Of a DNA stretch of 64,000 nt, positions 62,779-64,000 are shown piece after piece. Source of the stretch: a virus. Each line of letters starts with the position of its first letter. Positions within the stretch are counted from its first letter, which is position 1. A program made the translations under genes and the position numbers. The notes beneath the pieces are model-generated. The model was given only the letters and a program-made list of their open reading frames with translations, was not told the DNA's origin and made no database searches. Location of the stretch: positions 8,198 to 72,197 of IMG/VR virus record IMGVR_UViG_3300021490_000001; one strand, given 5' to 3'.

Positions 62779-62872
62779 TTTAGTAGATGTAACTTTACTG
62801 TCTCCAAAAATGTCTTTTAATGTTCTTATAGGATCACAACTATCGTTAATTGTTTATAATAGTAACTACTAA

Positions 62873-63388
62873 TTAGTCTTCATTGATTTCAGTATCAATT
62901 ACTATCTCTTTCATAGTATCATATATCTCTTGCGATTTGCTTGAACGAATGGTCTTCTTGGTTCCATAAATGGCCTTCTTGATATTGATGAGTGAATCAT
63001 TTATTTTCATAAGTAGAAATGGATCTAACTCCTCTCTATTTTTAGCTATAAGAAAAGCATTCTCTAAAAGAACTTTGTTTAATCCATTTTCCTTGCCAAA
63101 TAAAATGTTTACGAAAAGATTTTTGTCCTTCTCTGATTTGTTTGCTAATGGACATTCATATGTTTCTTTATCTACATATGGTTGTAAGATACAAGGAAAT
63201 ATTGGACAACTGGAATCACATTTAACGCGATGAATTAACTTATGAGCGATGATCTTAGTAATAGATTTAGACTTACCACCTTTAGCTCGTTCATCGTATG
63301 TAAGTTCGTGCATAAGACTTATTGGAATAGAATATATATAAATATACAGGTTTAAAATATGTTGATGAGTCTTGATTACTTTCAGCAT
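62873..63388 (-). CDS. putative terminase small subunit
   Basis: Upstream of terL; ERAKGGKSKS, Cys cluster, YGTKK; start probably at MHEL. Confidence 0.5.
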   Translation of the reverse strand: MLKVIKTHQHILNLYIYIYSIPISLMHELTYDERAKGGKSKSITKIIAHKLIHRVKCDSSCPIFPCILQPYVDKETYECPLANKSEKDKNLFVNILFGKENGLNKVLLENAFLIAKNREELDPFLLMKINDSLINIKKAIYGTKKTIRSSKSQEIYDTMKEIVIDTEINED

Positions 63389-63688
63389 AAAGTATTAACA
63401 ATTGTTTATAGAAATAAACATATCTATAACTTAACAGAGGAAGATCTGGATAAAGCCAAAAAATGTGTTGCTAAATTTGATTCGGTAAAATATCCATGTG
63501 CGCCATCGAGTATAGCAGCAACTATAATTTATCATTTAGTTAAAAGTAAGGATGCTTCTATTAAGATAGAACCCTTTCGCTTGAAGTTTGTTACAAATAT
63601 AATTGTATTCAAACGAAATGTTCAAAAGAAAGTTACGCGTTTTACCATTACAAAATGGAAAGATATAATCAAGGAACTGATGGAGTAG
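63359..63688 (+). CDS. TFB/cyclin-fold-like protein
   Basis: YNLTEED...A...APSSIAATIIYH...QKKV...TITKW; followed by poly-T. Confidence 0.45.
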   Translation: MLMSLDYFQHKVLTIVYRNKHIYNLTEEDLDKAKKCVAKFDSVKYPCAPSSIAATIIYHLVKSKDASIKIEPFRLKFVTNIIVFKRNVQKKVTRFTITKWKDIIKELME

Positions 63689-63768
63689 AGTAATCCCCCA
63701 TTATCTTCTTTTGTTTTTTTTTCTTTTTTTTTCTTGAATATAATAGTTAGGACTATGAGGTGGATTAA

Positions 63769-64000
63769 GTGATATCAGAAGAAATAACAACACCAGAAAT
63801 TGGTAAGTTAGAAATCCATGAAAATGGGTTTTCTCTAACAAAAACAGAATCCATAAACATCGAAGGAGTAACCATTGAAAAAAAAGTAACAGAAATTATC
63901 TATAAAATTAATGGGAAATACTATCATCAAAATTCAATTGTATTAAATAACACTGTAGTAGGTAATACAAATCCCATAAAATTAACCAAAAAAGCGTACA
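63769..64000 (+). CDS. hypothetical protein, truncated by the window end
   Basis: GAGGTG RBS, GTG start, open to the end. Confidence 0.5.
   Translation, partial: MISEEITTPEIGKLEIHENGFSLTKTESINIEGVTIEKKVTEIIYKINGKYYHQNSIVLNNTVVGNTNPIKLTKKAY

Noticed and set aside
1-64000. Stop-codon reassignment or a suppressor tRNA
   Set aside because: Long genes are intact under the standard code, TAA, TAG and TGA all end genes, and the tRNA-like element has no readable suppressor anticodon

Overview
Most or all of the genome of a tailed dsDNA virus (Caudoviricetes-like) that probably infects an archaeon. The archaeal inference rests on GGTGA/GGAGG ribosome-binding sites, TATA-type promoters, poly-T terminators, an Hjc resolvase and TFB-like proteins. 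The minus strand from about 44.9 to 6.1 kb carries morphogenesis genes in the order tail, portal, a 1914-aa multi-enzyme protein (two DNA ligases, nucleotidyltransferase, phosphoesterase-like and protease-like domains), scaffold, capsid, a glycan-modification operon and large beta-helix or repeat proteins. Terminase genes lie apart at 61.3-63.4 kb. The plus strand (49-61 kb and 0-6 kb) carries small accessory genes. Main highlights: (1) an RNA ligase, two tandem covarying hairpin RNAs and a TerD-domain helical protein, forming a candidate Ro/Y-like RNA-repair module; (2) repeated long hairpins containing BRE/TATA-like promoters at the strand switch; (3) the giant ligase-protease head protein; (4) a tRNA-like gene with a remodelled anticodon arm. 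No polymerase, helicase, primase, integrase, reverse transcriptase or CRISPR array was recognised. All product calls come from motif recognition by eye, not database searches.
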